From an uncultured delta proteobacterium (GTDB lineage: Bacteria; Myxococcota_A; Polyangia; Polyangiales; Polyangiaceae), in assembly GCA_963782055.1 (NCBI GenBank), contig CAWAIF010000003.1:1088001-1152000 (forward strand): DNA of 64,000 nt. Reading direction: 5' to 3'. This document shows, piece by piece, positions 1 through 9,464 of this stretch. A model generated the notes under the pieces. That model was not told the origin of the DNA. It saw only the letters and a list, made by a program, of their open reading frames with translations, and did not search any database. The position numbers were made by a program, and so were the translations under genes. Within the stretch, counting starts at the first letter, position 1. Each line of letters begins with the position of its first letter.

Positions 1-14
1 CTGACCCGAACGTC

Positions 15-665
15 ATGATGACCGAGCAATCCCAGCACCGCAGCCGCGCCGAGGAGGCCGGGGACGCGACGTCCTCGCCCGCGCGCACGCGTCTGTGCGT
101 GGGGTGCGGCCAGCGGAGCGCGCCGGAGGAGCTCGTCCGCGTCGTGCTCGGCCCGGAGGGTCAGGTGGCGGTGGACATGGCCGGAGGCGCCTTCGGCCGC
201 GGGGCCCACGTCCACCCGGCACGGAGTTGTATGATGCAAGCATGTCGCGCGGGCCTGGCCCGGGCGTTCAAGCAGAAGGTGGTCGCGACGCCCGAGGACC
301 TGGGCGCGCAGATCGTCGCCGGGTGCGAGCGCCGCGTGGCCGGGCTGCTGCTCGGCGCCCGGCGCGCCAACCAGCTCGCCGTCGGGGCGGACGCCGCCAT
401 CGAGGCGCTCGGGCGCGGCGCGCCGCTGCTGCTCCTGGCCACCGACGCCGCCACCATCGCCAAGCGAGCCGAAGTGGCCCGCGCCGCGGCCGACGGCAAG
501 GCGGTGGCCTTCGGCACGAAGCAACGGCTCGGTGAGCTGCTCGGCAAGGACGAGATCGCCGTCGTCGCCGTGCTCCACGCCGGCATCGCTGACAGCGTGT
601 CGTCCTCCGTCCGCCTCGCGGGCAGGGTCGCCACGTATTCGAGTAGTAGTCTGGAGGATCGATGA
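15..665 (+). CDS. ylxR: YlxR/RnpM (DUF448) domain fused to L7Ae/YlxQ-like RNA-binding domain
   Basis: N-terminal RLCVGC...ELVRVV...GRGAHVHP..C is the YlxR motif. The C-terminal GLLLGARRANQLAVGADA...LLLLATDA...GTKQRLGELLGKDEIAVVAV is L7Ae-like. It lies directly upstream of infB with an ATGA overlap. Confidence 0.85.
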   Translation: MMTEQSQHRSRAEEAGDATSSPARTRLCVGCGQRSAPEELVRVVLGPEGQVAVDMAGGAFGRGAHVHPARSCMMQACRAGLARAFKQKVVATPEDLGAQIVAGCERRVAGLLLGARRANQLAVGADAAIEALGRGAPLLLLATDAATIAKRAEVARAAADGKAVAFGTKQRLGELLGKDEIAVVAVLHAGIADSVSSSVRLAGRVATYSSSSLEDR

Positions 666-3298
666 GCAAGGTGCGCGTGTACGAAGCGGCGAAACAGCTC
701 AACGTCGAGCCCAAGGCCGCCGTTGCGTTGTTCCAGGCGGTCGGGATCGCCGAGGTCCGCAACCACATGAGCTCCGTGGAGCCGGAGGCGATCGAGCGCG
801 TGAGGCGCCACCTGGAGAAGCAGAAGACGCACGACGTGGTGGAGGAGCGAATCCGCCCCACCGTCGTCAAGCGTCGCTCCATCGCCAAGAAGGCCGCACC
901 GGGGGACGCGCCGTCGGCGCCCGCGATGCCGCCTCCCCCTCCCTCGATGCCGCAGGTGGCGGAGGCCCCGCCCGAGCCGGCGCCGAGCAACGGCCATGGC
1001 GCCGTCGCCGCGGAGCCCGCCCCCGCCGAGCCGAGCGCGCCCCAGGTCGCGCCGGTCTCCGTACCGGCGGACCGCAAGAGCGCCCGCGAGGTGGAGCCGG
1101 AGGCTGTGGCCGCCGCCCCCGTCTCTGTCCCCGCCGTGGAGGAGCCGCCGGCGCCGCCGCCGGAGCCGGTGCACGTCGAGCCTCCGCCCCCGGAGCCGCC
1201 GCCGCCGCCGCCACCCCCGCCGCCGCCGCCTCCCCCGCGCACCTCCCCGCCGAAGACCGGCGTCGAGTACTGGACCGGCCGCCCCGGCGTGCCGATGCCC
1301 ACCCCCGCGTCCGCGCAGCGCACCGCCATCGGCGGCGGCGTGACCGGCGCCATGCCTCGCCGCACGCAGTACGACCCGCGCGCGGGCTCGTCTCCCGGCC
1401 GCGGTCGCCCCGGCGCGCCGATGGGCCGTCCCATGGGCCGCGGGCCGATGGGTCGCCGCATGGGCCCCGGCTCCATGCCGATGCGCACCAAGAGCGGCAT
1501 CGTCTCCACGCAGGAGATGAGCGCTCACAAGAAGGTCATCCGCATCGAGGAGAACATCACCCTCGCGGCGATGGCCGCCAAGATGAGCCTCAAGGCGACA
1601 GAGCTGCTGATGAAGCTGCTCGGCATGGGCATGACGGGCGTGCACATCAACACCACCCTCGACGCCGACACGGCGAAGATCCTCGCCGGCGAGTTCGGCT
1701 GGGAGGTCGAGGACGTCGCGGTCAGCGAGGAGGAGAGCATCGCGGCCGCCCGCGGCGAGCAGGCCGCGGCCGAGGCGTCCGACGAGGCGCTCGTCGCCCG
1801 GCCCCCGGTGGTGACGGTGATGGGTCACGTCGACCACGGCAAGACCAGCCTCCTCGACAAGATCCGCAAGGCCAACGTCGCCGGCGGCGAGGCCGGCGGC
1901 ATCACGCAGCACATCGGCGCCTACAAGGTGACCACCAAGAGCGGGCCGGTCGTCTTCCTCGACACCCCCGGCCACGAGGCCTTCACCCAGATGCGCGCGC
2001 GCGGCGCGAGCGTCACCGACATCGTGGTGCTCGTCGTCGCCGCCGACGACGGCGTGATGCCGCAGACGCGCGAGGCCGTGAACCACGCCAAGGCGGCGAA
2101 GGTGCCGATCATCGTCGCGGTCAACAAGATCGACAAGGCCAACGCCGAGCCGGACCGCGCGCGTCGCGAGCTGGCAGAGCTCGGCCTCACCCCGGAGGAC
2201 TGGGGCGGCGACACCATGTACGTCAACGTCTCCGCCCTCACCGGCCAGGGGGTCGACGAGCTGCTCGACCGCATCGCCCTGCAGGCGGAGGTCATGGAGC
2301 TCAAGGCCAACCCGGACCGCCCGGCGAGCGGCACCGTGATCGAGGCGCTTCTCGACCGCGGGCGCGGCCCCGTCGCGCGCGTCCTGGTCCAGGACGGCAC
2401 CCTCCACGTGGGCGACTTCGTCCTCGCGGGCCCCGGCTTCGGCAAGGTCCGCGCGATGACGAACGAGCACGGCAAGCAGATCCAGGAGGCGGGTCCCGCC
2501 ACGCCGGTGGAGATCCTCGGCCTCTCGGAGGTCCCCGGCGCGGGCGACCCGCTCGACGCGGTCAAGGACGCCAAGAAGGCGCAGGAGATCGCCGAGAGCC
2601 GCAAGGGCAAGCTCGCCAAGAGCCTCATCCCGCCGGAGGCCCGCGCCTCCCTGCAGGACGTCATCGACAAGATCCGCGAGAGCGAGCAGCTCGAGCTGCG
2701 CATCATCATCAAGGGCGACGTGCAGGGCTCGGTGGAGGCGCTGGCCAACGCGCTCTCCCGCCTCTCGACCGAGCGCGTCCGCCTCTCCATCATCCACGCC
2801 GGCGTCGGGGCCATCACCGAGGGTGACATCAACCTCGCCATCGCCTCCCGGGCGATCATCGTGGGCTTCAACGTCCGGCCCGCCGGCAAGGCGGCCGCCG
2901 CAGCGGAGGAGAACAAGATCGAGATCCGCCTCTACTCGATCATCTACAACGCGGTGGACGACATCCGCTCGGCGATGGAGGGGCTGCTCCCCGCCACGCT
3001 GGTGGAGAAGAGCAGCGGCAAGGCGGAGGTCCGGCAGATCTTCAAGATCAAGGGCACCGTCGTCGCCGGCTGCTACATCATCCAGGGCATGTTCAAGCGC
3101 GCCGGTCAGGTGCGGCTCATCCGCGACGACGCGGTGGTGTGGAGCGGAAAGGTCTCCGCCCTCAAGCGCTTCAAGGACGACGTGAAGGACGTCGCCGAGG
3201 GCTTCGAGTGCGGCATCAGCCTGGACGGCTACACCGACATCAAGGAAAAGGACATCCTGGAGAGCTTCGACGTGGAAGAGGTCAAGCAGAAGCTGTGA
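662..3298 (+). CDS. infB: translation initiation factor IF-2
   Basis: N-terminal [12 protein letters not shown]1 [36 protein letters not shown]-terminal [18 protein letters not shown]. Confidence 0.99.
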   Translation: MSKVRVYEAAKQLNVEPKAAVALFQAVGIAEVRNHMSSVEPEAIERVRRHLEKQKTHDVVEERIRPTVVKRRSIAKKAAPGDAPSAPAMPPPPPSMPQVAEAPPEPAPSNGHGAVAAEPAPAEPSAPQVAPVSVPADRKSAREVEPEAVAAAPVSVPAVEEPPAPPPEPVHVEPPPPEPPPPPPPPPPPPPPRTSPPKTGVEYWTGRPGVPMPTPASAQRTAIGGGVTGAMPRRTQYDPRAGSSPGRGRPGAPMGRPMGRGPMGRRMGPGSMPMRTKSGIVSTQEMSAHKKVIRIEENITLAAMAAKMSLKATELLMKLLGMGMTGVHINTTLDADTAKILAGEFGWEVEDVAVSEEESIAAARGEQAAAEASDEALVARPPVVTVMGHVDHGKTSLLDKIRKANVAGGEAGGITQHIGAYKVTTKSGPVVFLDTPGHEAFTQMRARGASVTDIVVLVVAADDGVMPQTREAVNHAKAAKVPIIVAVNKIDKANAEPDRARRELAELGLTPEDWGGDTMYVNVSALTGQGVDELLDRIALQAEVMELKANPDRPASGTVIEALLDRGRGPVARVLVQDGTLHVGDFVLAGPGFGKVRAMTNEHGKQIQEAGPATPVEILGLSEVPGAGDPLDAVKDAKKAQEIAESRKGKLAKSLIPPEARASLQDVIDKIRESEQLELRIIIKGDVQGSVEALANALSRLSTERVRLSIIHAGVGAITEGDINLAIASRAIIVGFNVRPAGKAAAAAEENKIEIRLYSIIYNAVDDIRSAMEGLLPATLVEKSSGKAEVRQIFKIKGTVVAGCYIIQGMFKRAGQVRLIRDDAVVWSGKVSALKRFKDDVKDVAEGFECGISLDGYTDIKEKDILESFDVEEVKQKL

Positions 3299-3302
3299 CC
3301 TC

Positions 3303-3352
3303 TCACCCCCCCCGCCCCCCCTCTCCCTGAACGGAGCGGGAGGGGGGGAGAA
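3303..3352. terminator. C-rich/G-rich imperfect inverted repeat between convergent genes; probable terminator or REP-like hairpin
   Basis: CCCCCCCTCTCCC-tgaacggagc-GGGAGGGGGGGAG just after the infB stop and before the stop of the convergent gene. Confidence 0.5.
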
Positions 3353-3358
3353 GCCGGG

Positions 3359-5317
3359 TCAGGGGTTGTCGGTGGGGTCGTCCCAGGGGTTGGACCCGAG
3401 GCCGTTCAGGCCGTCGGGCGCGCCCGCGCCGCCGAGGCCACGCAGGAGCTTGGGGTCGGGGTCGGCCTTCGGCTTGCGCCGGTGGACCGGCGCGTCGTGG
3501 AAGAAGACCAGCTCCAGCTTCGTCGAGAGCTGGTCGAAGGCGCGCGCGGCCATGATCTCGTACACGAGGGAGTCGCTCGGCCCCGCGTCCGGGTTGTCCA
3601 CCAGCGCCCCGAAGGAGGGGTCGGTGAAGGTGTCGTAGCTCACGTGGAAGTGGTCCGGAGGGAGCACGCTCATCTGGAAGGTGAGCGCCTGCTCGTCGTC
3701 CGGCTGGACCATCTTCACGTCGAACGCGATCTTGATGCCGACGAACCGCCGGCTCTCCTTGCGGTTGACGTACGTCTCGCCCGACCAGCCGACGACGTAG
3801 TCGATGAGGATGGTCGGCTTGGTGAGGTCCAGCTTCTCCTTGGGGTCATCGGGGAGCACGTCGCCCAGCTCGAGCGGCAGCACGTCCGCGGGGAAGACCT
3901 CGCCGAAGGCGCTCTGCAGGGCGCCGACCATCGCGCGCTCGCGCTTCTCGCCGTCCTGCGGGTCGAAGTGTTGCGACACGGCGGCGAACCCCATCGGGCC
4001 GGTGTCGCCCGGGTCGTCGGCGGCGAGGATCTTGTCGGCGGCGGCGAGCGTCACCGAGTTGTGACGGCGGAAGCGCACCGCGACGCTGGACGAGTCGTGC
4101 ATCTCCTCGTACGCGAGCAGGCTCTGGACGAAGGGCAGCACGTTCTTGTCGGCGACGTTCGCCTTCGGGCGGAAGTCGGCGAGCGTCTCCTCGAAGAGTC
4201 GATGGATCGCCGTCTTCGCCGCGCCGACGTCGTCGGCCTTCGGGTAGTCCTTGATGAAGGCGCGGAGCGCCGAGACGGTGCCGGCGTTCTTCGCCGTGAC
4301 GAAGTCGTCGTGGATGGCGTCCTTCAGGGCCTGCTGCGCCTCGGCGTCGACCGACGAGTGGGGATACTTCACGAGGAAGTCCTTGATCGCCGCGACGCTC
4401 TGCTTCTCCTTCGCGTCGCGGAGCTCGGCGTGGGGGAGCAGGTTCTGGCGCACCTCGTCCGCGTGGCGCGTCCCCTTCCAGAGGTAATCCTCGTAGGAAT
4501 AGGTGTTGTCGCTGCGCTTCGCCTTGGAGAAGGCGATCTCGTCGCTCAGCGCGTTTCGGGCGAGCCAGAGGGGCGCGGCCAGCACCGCCAGGCCGAGGCC
4601 CGCGGCCCAGCCCATCTTGAGCCAGGAGGGGACCTGCCTCGCCATGAGCACGCCGTCCTCGTTGCCGGCGGAGACGTTCTGCCAGTCCTGCATCCGCACG
4701 TCGAAGAAGGGGTCGAGCGCGGCGATCTGGTCGACGTCGCGCGCGGCGATCGCCTGGTCGAGCAGCATCTGGCTGCGCCGGAGGTTGCCGAGCATCGCCT
4801 CGGCGAAGGGCTTGCTGCGCGCGGAGAAGGTGAAGCGCCTGCCGCCGACGGTCGAGATGTGGAAGGCGGTGTGGGTGTAGAACCCGTTGCGGTAGTGGTG
4901 GACGGGCTGCAGGCTCACCACGTTCGCGAACGGGATGAGCTCCAGGTCCTTCGACTCGGCGATGACGATGTCCATCGGGAAGACGTACTTGCCGGTGGGG
5001 AAGGGGAGGGAGCCGCTGAGGCGCATGCGCCGGAGCACGCCGAAGGCCGACAGGCCGACCAGGAACAGGGCGATCGCCATCCCGAGCAGCGCGAGGGGCG
5101 ACTGGCGGCAGCTGTACATCGAGCCGAAGGAGGCGGCGGGGATCCACGCCAGCACGCCCAGCGCCACAAGGCCGAGGAGCACCCAGCCGACCACCGCCCC
5201 GCCGCTCCGCATGACGAAGATGGGGGCAGGCGCGGAGCGCCCTTGCAGGCACGCGACGAACCGCTCGCGCGCCGAGCGCGGCAGGTGGTTGAAGTCGAGG
5301 ATGCGGTTCTGGGCCAT
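3359..5317 (-). CDS. hypothetical membrane protein (N-terminal TM helices, helical repeats, extracytoplasmic C-terminal domain)
   Basis: 652-aa ORF with GC3-rich codons, three hydrophobic segments, and repeated 'Y..YL..YP....A..A'-like helical units; GGAGAG upstream. Confidence 0.75.
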   Translation of the reverse strand: MAQNRILDFNHLPRSARERFVACLQGRSAPAPIFVMRSGGAVVGWVLLGLVALGVLAWIPAASFGSMYSCRQSPLALLGMAIALFLVGLSAFGVLRRMRLSGSLPFPTGKYVFPMDIVIAESKDLELIPFANVVSLQPVHHYRNGFYTHTAFHISTVGGRRFTFSARSKPFAEAMLGNLRRSQMLLDQAIAARDVDQIAALDPFFDVRMQDWQNVSAGNEDGVLMARQVPSWLKMGWAAGLGLAVLAAPLWLARNALSDEIAFSKAKRSDNTYSYEDYLWKGTRHADEVRQNLLPHAELRDAKEKQSVAAIKDFLVKYPHSSVDAEAQQALKDAIHDDFVTAKNAGTVSALRAFIKDYPKADDVGAAKTAIHRLFEETLADFRPKANVADKNVLPFVQSLLAYEEMHDSSSVAVRFRRHNSVTLAAADKILAADDPGDTGPMGFAAVSQHFDPQDGEKRERAMVGALQSAFGEVFPADVLPLELGDVLPDDPKEKLDLTKPTILIDYVVGWSGETYVNRKESRRFVGIKIAFDVKMVQPDDEQALTFQMSVLPPDHFHVSYDTFTDPSFGALVDNPDAGPSDSLVYEIMAARAFDQLSTKLELVFFHDAPVHRRKPKADPDPKLLRGLGGAGAPDGLNGLGSNPWDDPTDNP

Positions 5318-5396
5318 GACTCTCCCCGGTCGGCCTCCGCCAGAGCGGGCCGCCCTCTGTCGCTCATCGTCCCGGCCCTCGATGGGGCGGGAGTCG

Positions 5397-5852
5397 TCAG
5401 TGCAGCGACAGGTTGATGATGAAGGCGATGACCGTCAGCACGATGTCCAGGATGCCGATGATCATGGCGGCCTGCGCCATGCCACCGCCACGCATGCCGG
5501 GTGTGCCGGCGATGATCATCTGCGCCGAGCGCGCCTTGGAGATGGCAATGCCGCCGAGGATGGGGCCGCAGCAGAAGAGGCCGACGATGGCGTAGATGAG
5601 CGCCTGCTTCGCCAGCGCGCACTCGCCGGGGTCGTAGCCCATGCCGGGGGCCGGGTAGCCGCCGTAGGGGTTGGGGGGCATGCCGAAGCCGCCAGGGGGC
5701 GGGGCGCCGAAGCCGCCAGGAGGCGCGCCGCCGGGGGGACCATAGCCGCCAGGGGGAGGGCCGTAGCCGCCAGGAGGCGGCCCGCCAGGCGGGCCGAAGC
5801 CGCCTGCAGCCTGAACGAGGCTCTCGGAAGGAGCCGTGCCGGTGGGTTCCAT
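5397..5852 (-). CDS. DUF4190-like membrane protein with Gly/Pro-rich N-terminus
   Basis: GG(Y/F)GPPPGG repeats followed by ALIYAIVGLFCCGPILGGIAISKA...G.GMAQAAMIIGIL. Start placed at ATG 5852, preceded by TACGAT. Confidence 0.75.
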   Translation of the reverse strand: MEPTGTAPSESLVQAAGGFGPPGGPPPGGYGPPPGGYGPPGGAPPGGFGAPPPGGFGMPPNPYGGYPAPGMGYDPGECALAKQALIYAIVGLFCCGPILGGIAISKARSAQMIIAGTPGMRGGGMAQAAMIIGILDIVLTVIAFIINLSLH

Positions 5853-5987
5853 CGCCCCATCGTACGCGAGAACGGAGCACTCCTTCCCGCCGATCGTCGG
5901 CCCGTACCGCCCGGTCGATCGTCTACAGCCCCGGCGCTTCGGCGGTGCGCGCCGCCCGCCTTTCGGGCTAAACCTGGTCCCCTGGCC

Positions 5988-6305
5988 ATGTTCGTGGGCG
6001 TGCTTGAGCTGGTTTTCCACATCCCCCACGCGCGCTCCCTCAAGGAGAAGCGCGCGGTGGTGCGGCGCTTTCGTGACCGGGTGCGGGCGCGCTTCGACGT
6101 CTCGGTGGCGGAGGTGGGCGCGCAGGACCTCCACCAGCGCGCCGTCTTCGGCGTGAGCGTCGTCTCCGGCGACGCGGCGGTGTGCGACGCCGTCCTCGCG
6201 CAGGTGGCCCACGAGGCGGAGACGCAGCGCGACGCGGTGCTCACGGCACGGCACACCGAGGTGATGACGATGGGCGACGAGCTCTACGAGGGCAGCGATG
6301 GCTGA
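5988..6305 (+). CDS. ylxP: DUF503 family protein YlxP
   Basis: MFVGVLELVFHIPHARSLKEKRAVVR...RFDVSVAEVGAQDLHQRA.FGV; immediately upstream of rbfA. Confidence 0.92.
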   Translation: MFVGVLELVFHIPHARSLKEKRAVVRRFRDRVRARFDVSVAEVGAQDLHQRAVFGVSVVSGDAAVCDAVLAQVAHEAETQRDAVLTARHTEVMTMGDELYEGSDG

Positions 6306-6660
6306 GGTGAAACGGAGCGCCCGGGTGGCGGAGCGCGTGCGTCAGGTGCTGGCCGAGCTCTTCGCCCGCGAGGTGCGGGACCCGCGCGTCGCCGGCGTGG
6401 TCGTCACGCGCGTCGAGCTGACGGACGACCTGCGCGTGGCGCGCGTGATGGTGCGCGTGCTCGAGGGCGACGACGACGGCTCGCGCCGCAAGCCCTTGCT
6501 CGAGGGCCTCGCGCGCGCCACCCCGCTGCTCCGCCGCGAGGTGGGCCGCCGCGCCAGCCTGCGCTTCGCCCCCGAGCTCCGGTTCGCCTACGACGAGGGC
6601 CTGGACCACACCACCCGCGTCGAAGAGATCCTCCACCAGATCGCCAAGGAAAAGAAATGA
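6298..6660 (+). CDS. rbfA: 30S ribosome-binding factor A
   Basis: RVAERVR..LA.L..REVRDPR...VTRVELTDDLRVARV...LRFAPELRFAYD. Confidence 0.97.
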   Translation: MAEVKRSARVAERVRQVLAELFAREVRDPRVAGVVVTRVELTDDLRVARVMVRVLEGDDDGSRRKPLLEGLARATPLLRREVGRRASLRFAPELRFAYDEGLDHTTRVEEILHQIAKEKK

Positions 6661-6678
6661 CCTGGCCGCGGGGGGGCG

Positions 6679-7263
6679 TCACCGCAAGCGCGTGACGTAC
6701 CAGCTCCCGCGCCACGCCGTCATCTCCCGGATCTCCAGTTTGTGCTCCTTGCCGTCGATGGAGAAGGTCAGCGTGTTGTCGCGCACCTGCCAGAGCCCCA
6801 CCTTCCACTCCTTGTGCTTCGGCTCCGCCTTGACGATCTGGTGGCCGATGTCGAAGGAGACGAACGCCGCGCGGTCGATCCCGCGCGTGCGCCGGGTGAC
6901 GCGCTTGATGTCCTTGTCGAACTTGGGCTTGAAGCGATCGTCCCACTGCTTGCCCGGGTCGTCGGCGTCGCGGGTCGCCATGTAGGCGTTGCGCGGGAAG
7001 ACGATGTCGCGGCAGAGGTCCGGGTTGCCGTCGCGCAGCGCCTCCAGCAGGTGCTTGGCGCGCGTGGTGAGCTCCGCGGAGCTGGGCTCGGGGAGCGCGT
7101 CGTCCGGGGGGCCGGCCTCCATCAGCGCGAGGGCGTCCAGCGTCGCGGCGTCGCGCACCGGCCGGGGGGCGGCGGCGTCCGTGGAGGGGTGGGGTTTGTC
7201 GTGGCAGCCCGTGGCGGCGAGCAGGCCGAGGGCGACGGCGCGCGCGAGGGGCGAACCCCTCAT
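6679..7263 (-). CDS. hypothetical lipoprotein
   Basis: MRGSPLARAVALGLLAATGC lipobox; ATGA overlap with the upstream dehydrogenase stop. Confidence 0.7.
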   Translation of the reverse strand: MRGSPLARAVALGLLAATGCHDKPHPSTDAAAPRPVRDAATLDALALMEAGPPDDALPEPSSAELTTRAKHLLEALRDGNPDLCRDIVFPRNAYMATRDADDPGKQWDDRFKPKFDKDIKRVTRRTRGIDRAAFVSFDIGHQIVKAEPKHKEWKVGLWQVRDNTLTFSIDGKEHKLEIREMTAWRGSWYVTRLR

Positions 7264-8483
7264 GCCAGATTGGGCAGGGTGACGACGTCGACGTGCAGCA
7301 CCTCGTCGAACGCGCAGATCTCCTTCAGGCACGCCTCGCTGGGGCGCGAGACCAGGCGCAGCTTGGCGCAGGCGGCGCCGCCGCCCTCGAAGACGGTGTT
7401 GGTCACCTCCTCGACGTTGATCCCGTGGCGCTTGAGCACGTTCAGAACGTGCGCGAAGGTGCCCACTTTGTCCAGCATGCGGATGACGAGCTGGAAGCGG
7501 GTCATGGAGGCGGAGAGCACGTTGACCACGTTGGGCACGGTGCCTTCGAGCAGGAAGGAGCGGATGATGCGCACCGCCTCGGTCGCGATGGCGAGCTGCG
7601 CCTGGTCGGTGGACGCGGCGATGTGGGGCGTGCCGTAGATGAAGCCGCCATCGGCGGTGGCGGTGGCGTCGAAGAGGTCGGACTTGTAGGCCGTCGTGCC
7701 CCTCGGCTCGTCGGGGTAGACGTCGATGCCGACGCGCAGGCCGCGCTCGCGGACGGCGCGCTTCATCGCCTCGTAGTCGACGAGGTCGGCGCGCGCGGTG
7801 TTGATGAAGATGGCGCGGGCCGGCAGGGCGTCGAAGACCCGCTTGGAGACGATGCCGCGCGTGCGCGGCGCGAGCGCCAGGTGCACGGTCATCACGTCGG
7901 AGCGGGACGCGAGCTCCTCCAGGTTGGCCGCGTAGCCGATGCCCAGCTCCCCCGCGCGCGTGGGCGTGAGCGAGCGGCTGGACGCGATGACGTGAAAGCC
8001 GAAGGCGCGGGCACGCCCCGCGACCTCGCGGCCGATGGCGCCCAGGCCTGCGATGCCCATCGTCTTGCCGTACAGGCCCTCCGCCTTGCCGTACTCCGCG
8101 CGCTCCAGCCGGCCGGCGCGAAGCGCGACGGTGGCGTCGACGATGCGCCTGTCCAGCGCGACGATCAGCCCGAAGACGAGCTCGGCGACGGCCGCCGCGT
8201 TCTTGCCGGGGCAGTTGGCGACGTAGATGCCGCGCTGGCTGGCGGCGCGCACGTCGATCGTCTGGTAGCCCGCGCCCGCGCGCACGATGAGGTTCAGCTC
8301 GCGCGCCTTGTCGATGGCCTGCGCGGTGACGGGCGTGGAGCGCACGACGAGGATGCCCGCGCCGCGAAGCTGGTTCTCCAGCGTCTCGGGCGTGAGGTCC
8401 GGCTCGTACTGCACCTCGATGGGAAGGGCCTTGAGCTCCTCGATGGCGCGGGGGTGAAGCTTGTCTGCAATGAGAAGGCGCAT
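7260..8483 (-). CDS. serA: D-3-phosphoglycerate/2-hydroxyacid dehydrogenase with C-terminal ACT domain
   Basis: RAGAG..TIDV, NCPGKNAAAVAEL, GIAGLGAIG Rossmann motif, NTAR, DVYPDEP, TPHIAAST; ACT-like tail DKVGTFAHVLNVLKRHGINV. Confidence 0.85.
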   Translation of the reverse strand: MRLLIADKLHPRAIEELKALPIEVQYEPDLTPETLENQLRGAGILVVRSTPVTAQAIDKARELNLIVRAGAGYQTIDVRAASQRGIYVANCPGKNAAAVAELVFGLIVALDRRIVDATVALRAGRLERAEYGKAEGLYGKTMGIAGLGAIGREVAGRARAFGFHVIASSRSLTPTRAGELGIGYAANLEELASRSDVMTVHLALAPRTRGIVSKRVFDALPARAIFINTARADLVDYEAMKRAVRERGLRVGIDVYPDEPRGTTAYKSDLFDATATADGGFIYGTPHIAASTDQAQLAIATEAVRIIRSFLLEGTVPNVVNVLSASMTRFQLVIRMLDKVGTFAHVLNVLKRHGINVEEVTNTVFEGGGAACAKLRLVSRPSEACLKEICAFDEVLHVDVVTLPNLA

Positions 8484-8509
8484 CCGTGGGCCCTGGGTTT
8501 GGTTGGAGT

Positions 8510-9454
8510 TCAGAAGGTGAGGGGACCGCGTACCTGGCCGGGCGGGATGTCGCCGCTGTCGGCGCCGCGCTCGGTGAGCAGCGCGACGGTCAAGGCGACC
8601 CCGCCGGCCACGGCGACGCCGATGGCCGTCCAGAACCACCAGCGCTGGTAGATCGCGGGGGTCCTCTCGAGCCTGAGGTCCACGGCGCGGTGCTCCCCGC
8701 GCTCGACGACGGCGCTGGTGGCCAGGTCGTAGTAACCGTCGCGGCGGAGCAGCAGGCGGTGGGTGCCGGGCAGCAGGGACACCGAGAGCGGCGTGCCGCC
8801 CAGCAGCTTGCCGTCGACCAGCGTGGACGTCGCGCCGGGGGTGCTGTGCACCACGAGCACGCCCGTCGGCGTCGCGCGCTTGAGCTCGAAGGTGAGAGCC
8901 AGGTTGCCGCCCATCGGGAGCGTGACCTGCCGCTTCTCGCTCACGTAGTCGGGGGCGTTGACCTCGATGGTGGCCGCGCCGGAGTTGAGCTTGATGCCCG
9001 TCAGAGGCGTCTGCCCGACCGCCTTGTCGCGCACCAGCACGCGCGCGCCCGGCACGTTGCTCGTCACGGTGAGGCTGGAGACGTGCTGGCGGAAGTTGTC
9101 GATGAGGCCCTGGAGCTTCGGCACCTTCGCGAGGAGGCTGGGCGGGGCGTCCTGCTGGAAGCGCTCCAGCTCGCTGACGGCCTCGGGGTAGTTGCCCAGC
9201 GCGCCGAGCGCGCGGCCCATGTTGTAGACGTCGCGCGGGTCCTTCGAGAGGGCGTACGCCTTGCGGTAACCCTCCAGCGCCTCGGCGTAGCGGAGGTTGT
9301 CCATGGCGTCGTCGGCGGCGGCCTTCAGCTTCTCGGCCTGGGCGTGGTCGGCGGCGGTCTGCGCCAGGGCGACGCGCGGCACCGCTGCGGCGAGGCAAAC
9401 GGCCAGGGCGAGCCGGTGGACCCACGGGATCACGGCGCGACGCGGTCGGGTCAT
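8510..9454 (-). CDS. exported TPR + PEGA domain protein with C-terminal TM anchor
   Basis: Signal peptide ending in ALA-Q; TPR (YAEALEGYRKAY...YNMGRA); two PEGA repeats (SNVPGARVLV...VGQTPL; STPGA...VDGKLLGGTPL); WWFW-TM tail. Confidence 0.85.
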   Translation of the reverse strand: MTRPRRAVIPWVHRLALAVCLAAAVPRVALAQTAADHAQAEKLKAAADDAMDNLRYAEALEGYRKAYALSKDPRDVYNMGRALGALGNYPEAVSELERFQQDAPPSLLAKVPKLQGLIDNFRQHVSSLTVTSNVPGARVLVRDKAVGQTPLTGIKLNSGAATIEVNAPDYVSEKRQVTLPMGGNLALTFELKRATPTGVLVVHSTPGATSTLVDGKLLGGTPLSVSLLPGTHRLLLRRDGYYDLATSAVVERGEHRAVDLRLERTPAIYQRWWFWTAIGVAVAGGVALTVALLTERGADSGDIPPGQVRGPLTF

Positions 9455-9464
9455 CGGGGGTGGA

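Noticed and set aside
161..2797. 878-aa minus-strand ORF and many other long overlapping ORFs (e.g. 18450-22280, 30496-33078, 33516-36059, 52942-55092)
   Set aside because: Antisense or alternate-frame shadows of real genes, expected in very GC-rich DNA. They are Arg/Gly/Ala/Pro-rich and have no family motifs.
5640..5810. Imperfect direct repeats
   Set aside because: They encode the GG(Y/F)GPPPGG low-complexity region of the DUF4190-like protein.
7260..9425. Apparent 721-aa dehydrogenase with a long N-terminal extension
   Set aside because: The extension overlaps the PEGA gene in another frame; the real start is ATG 8483.
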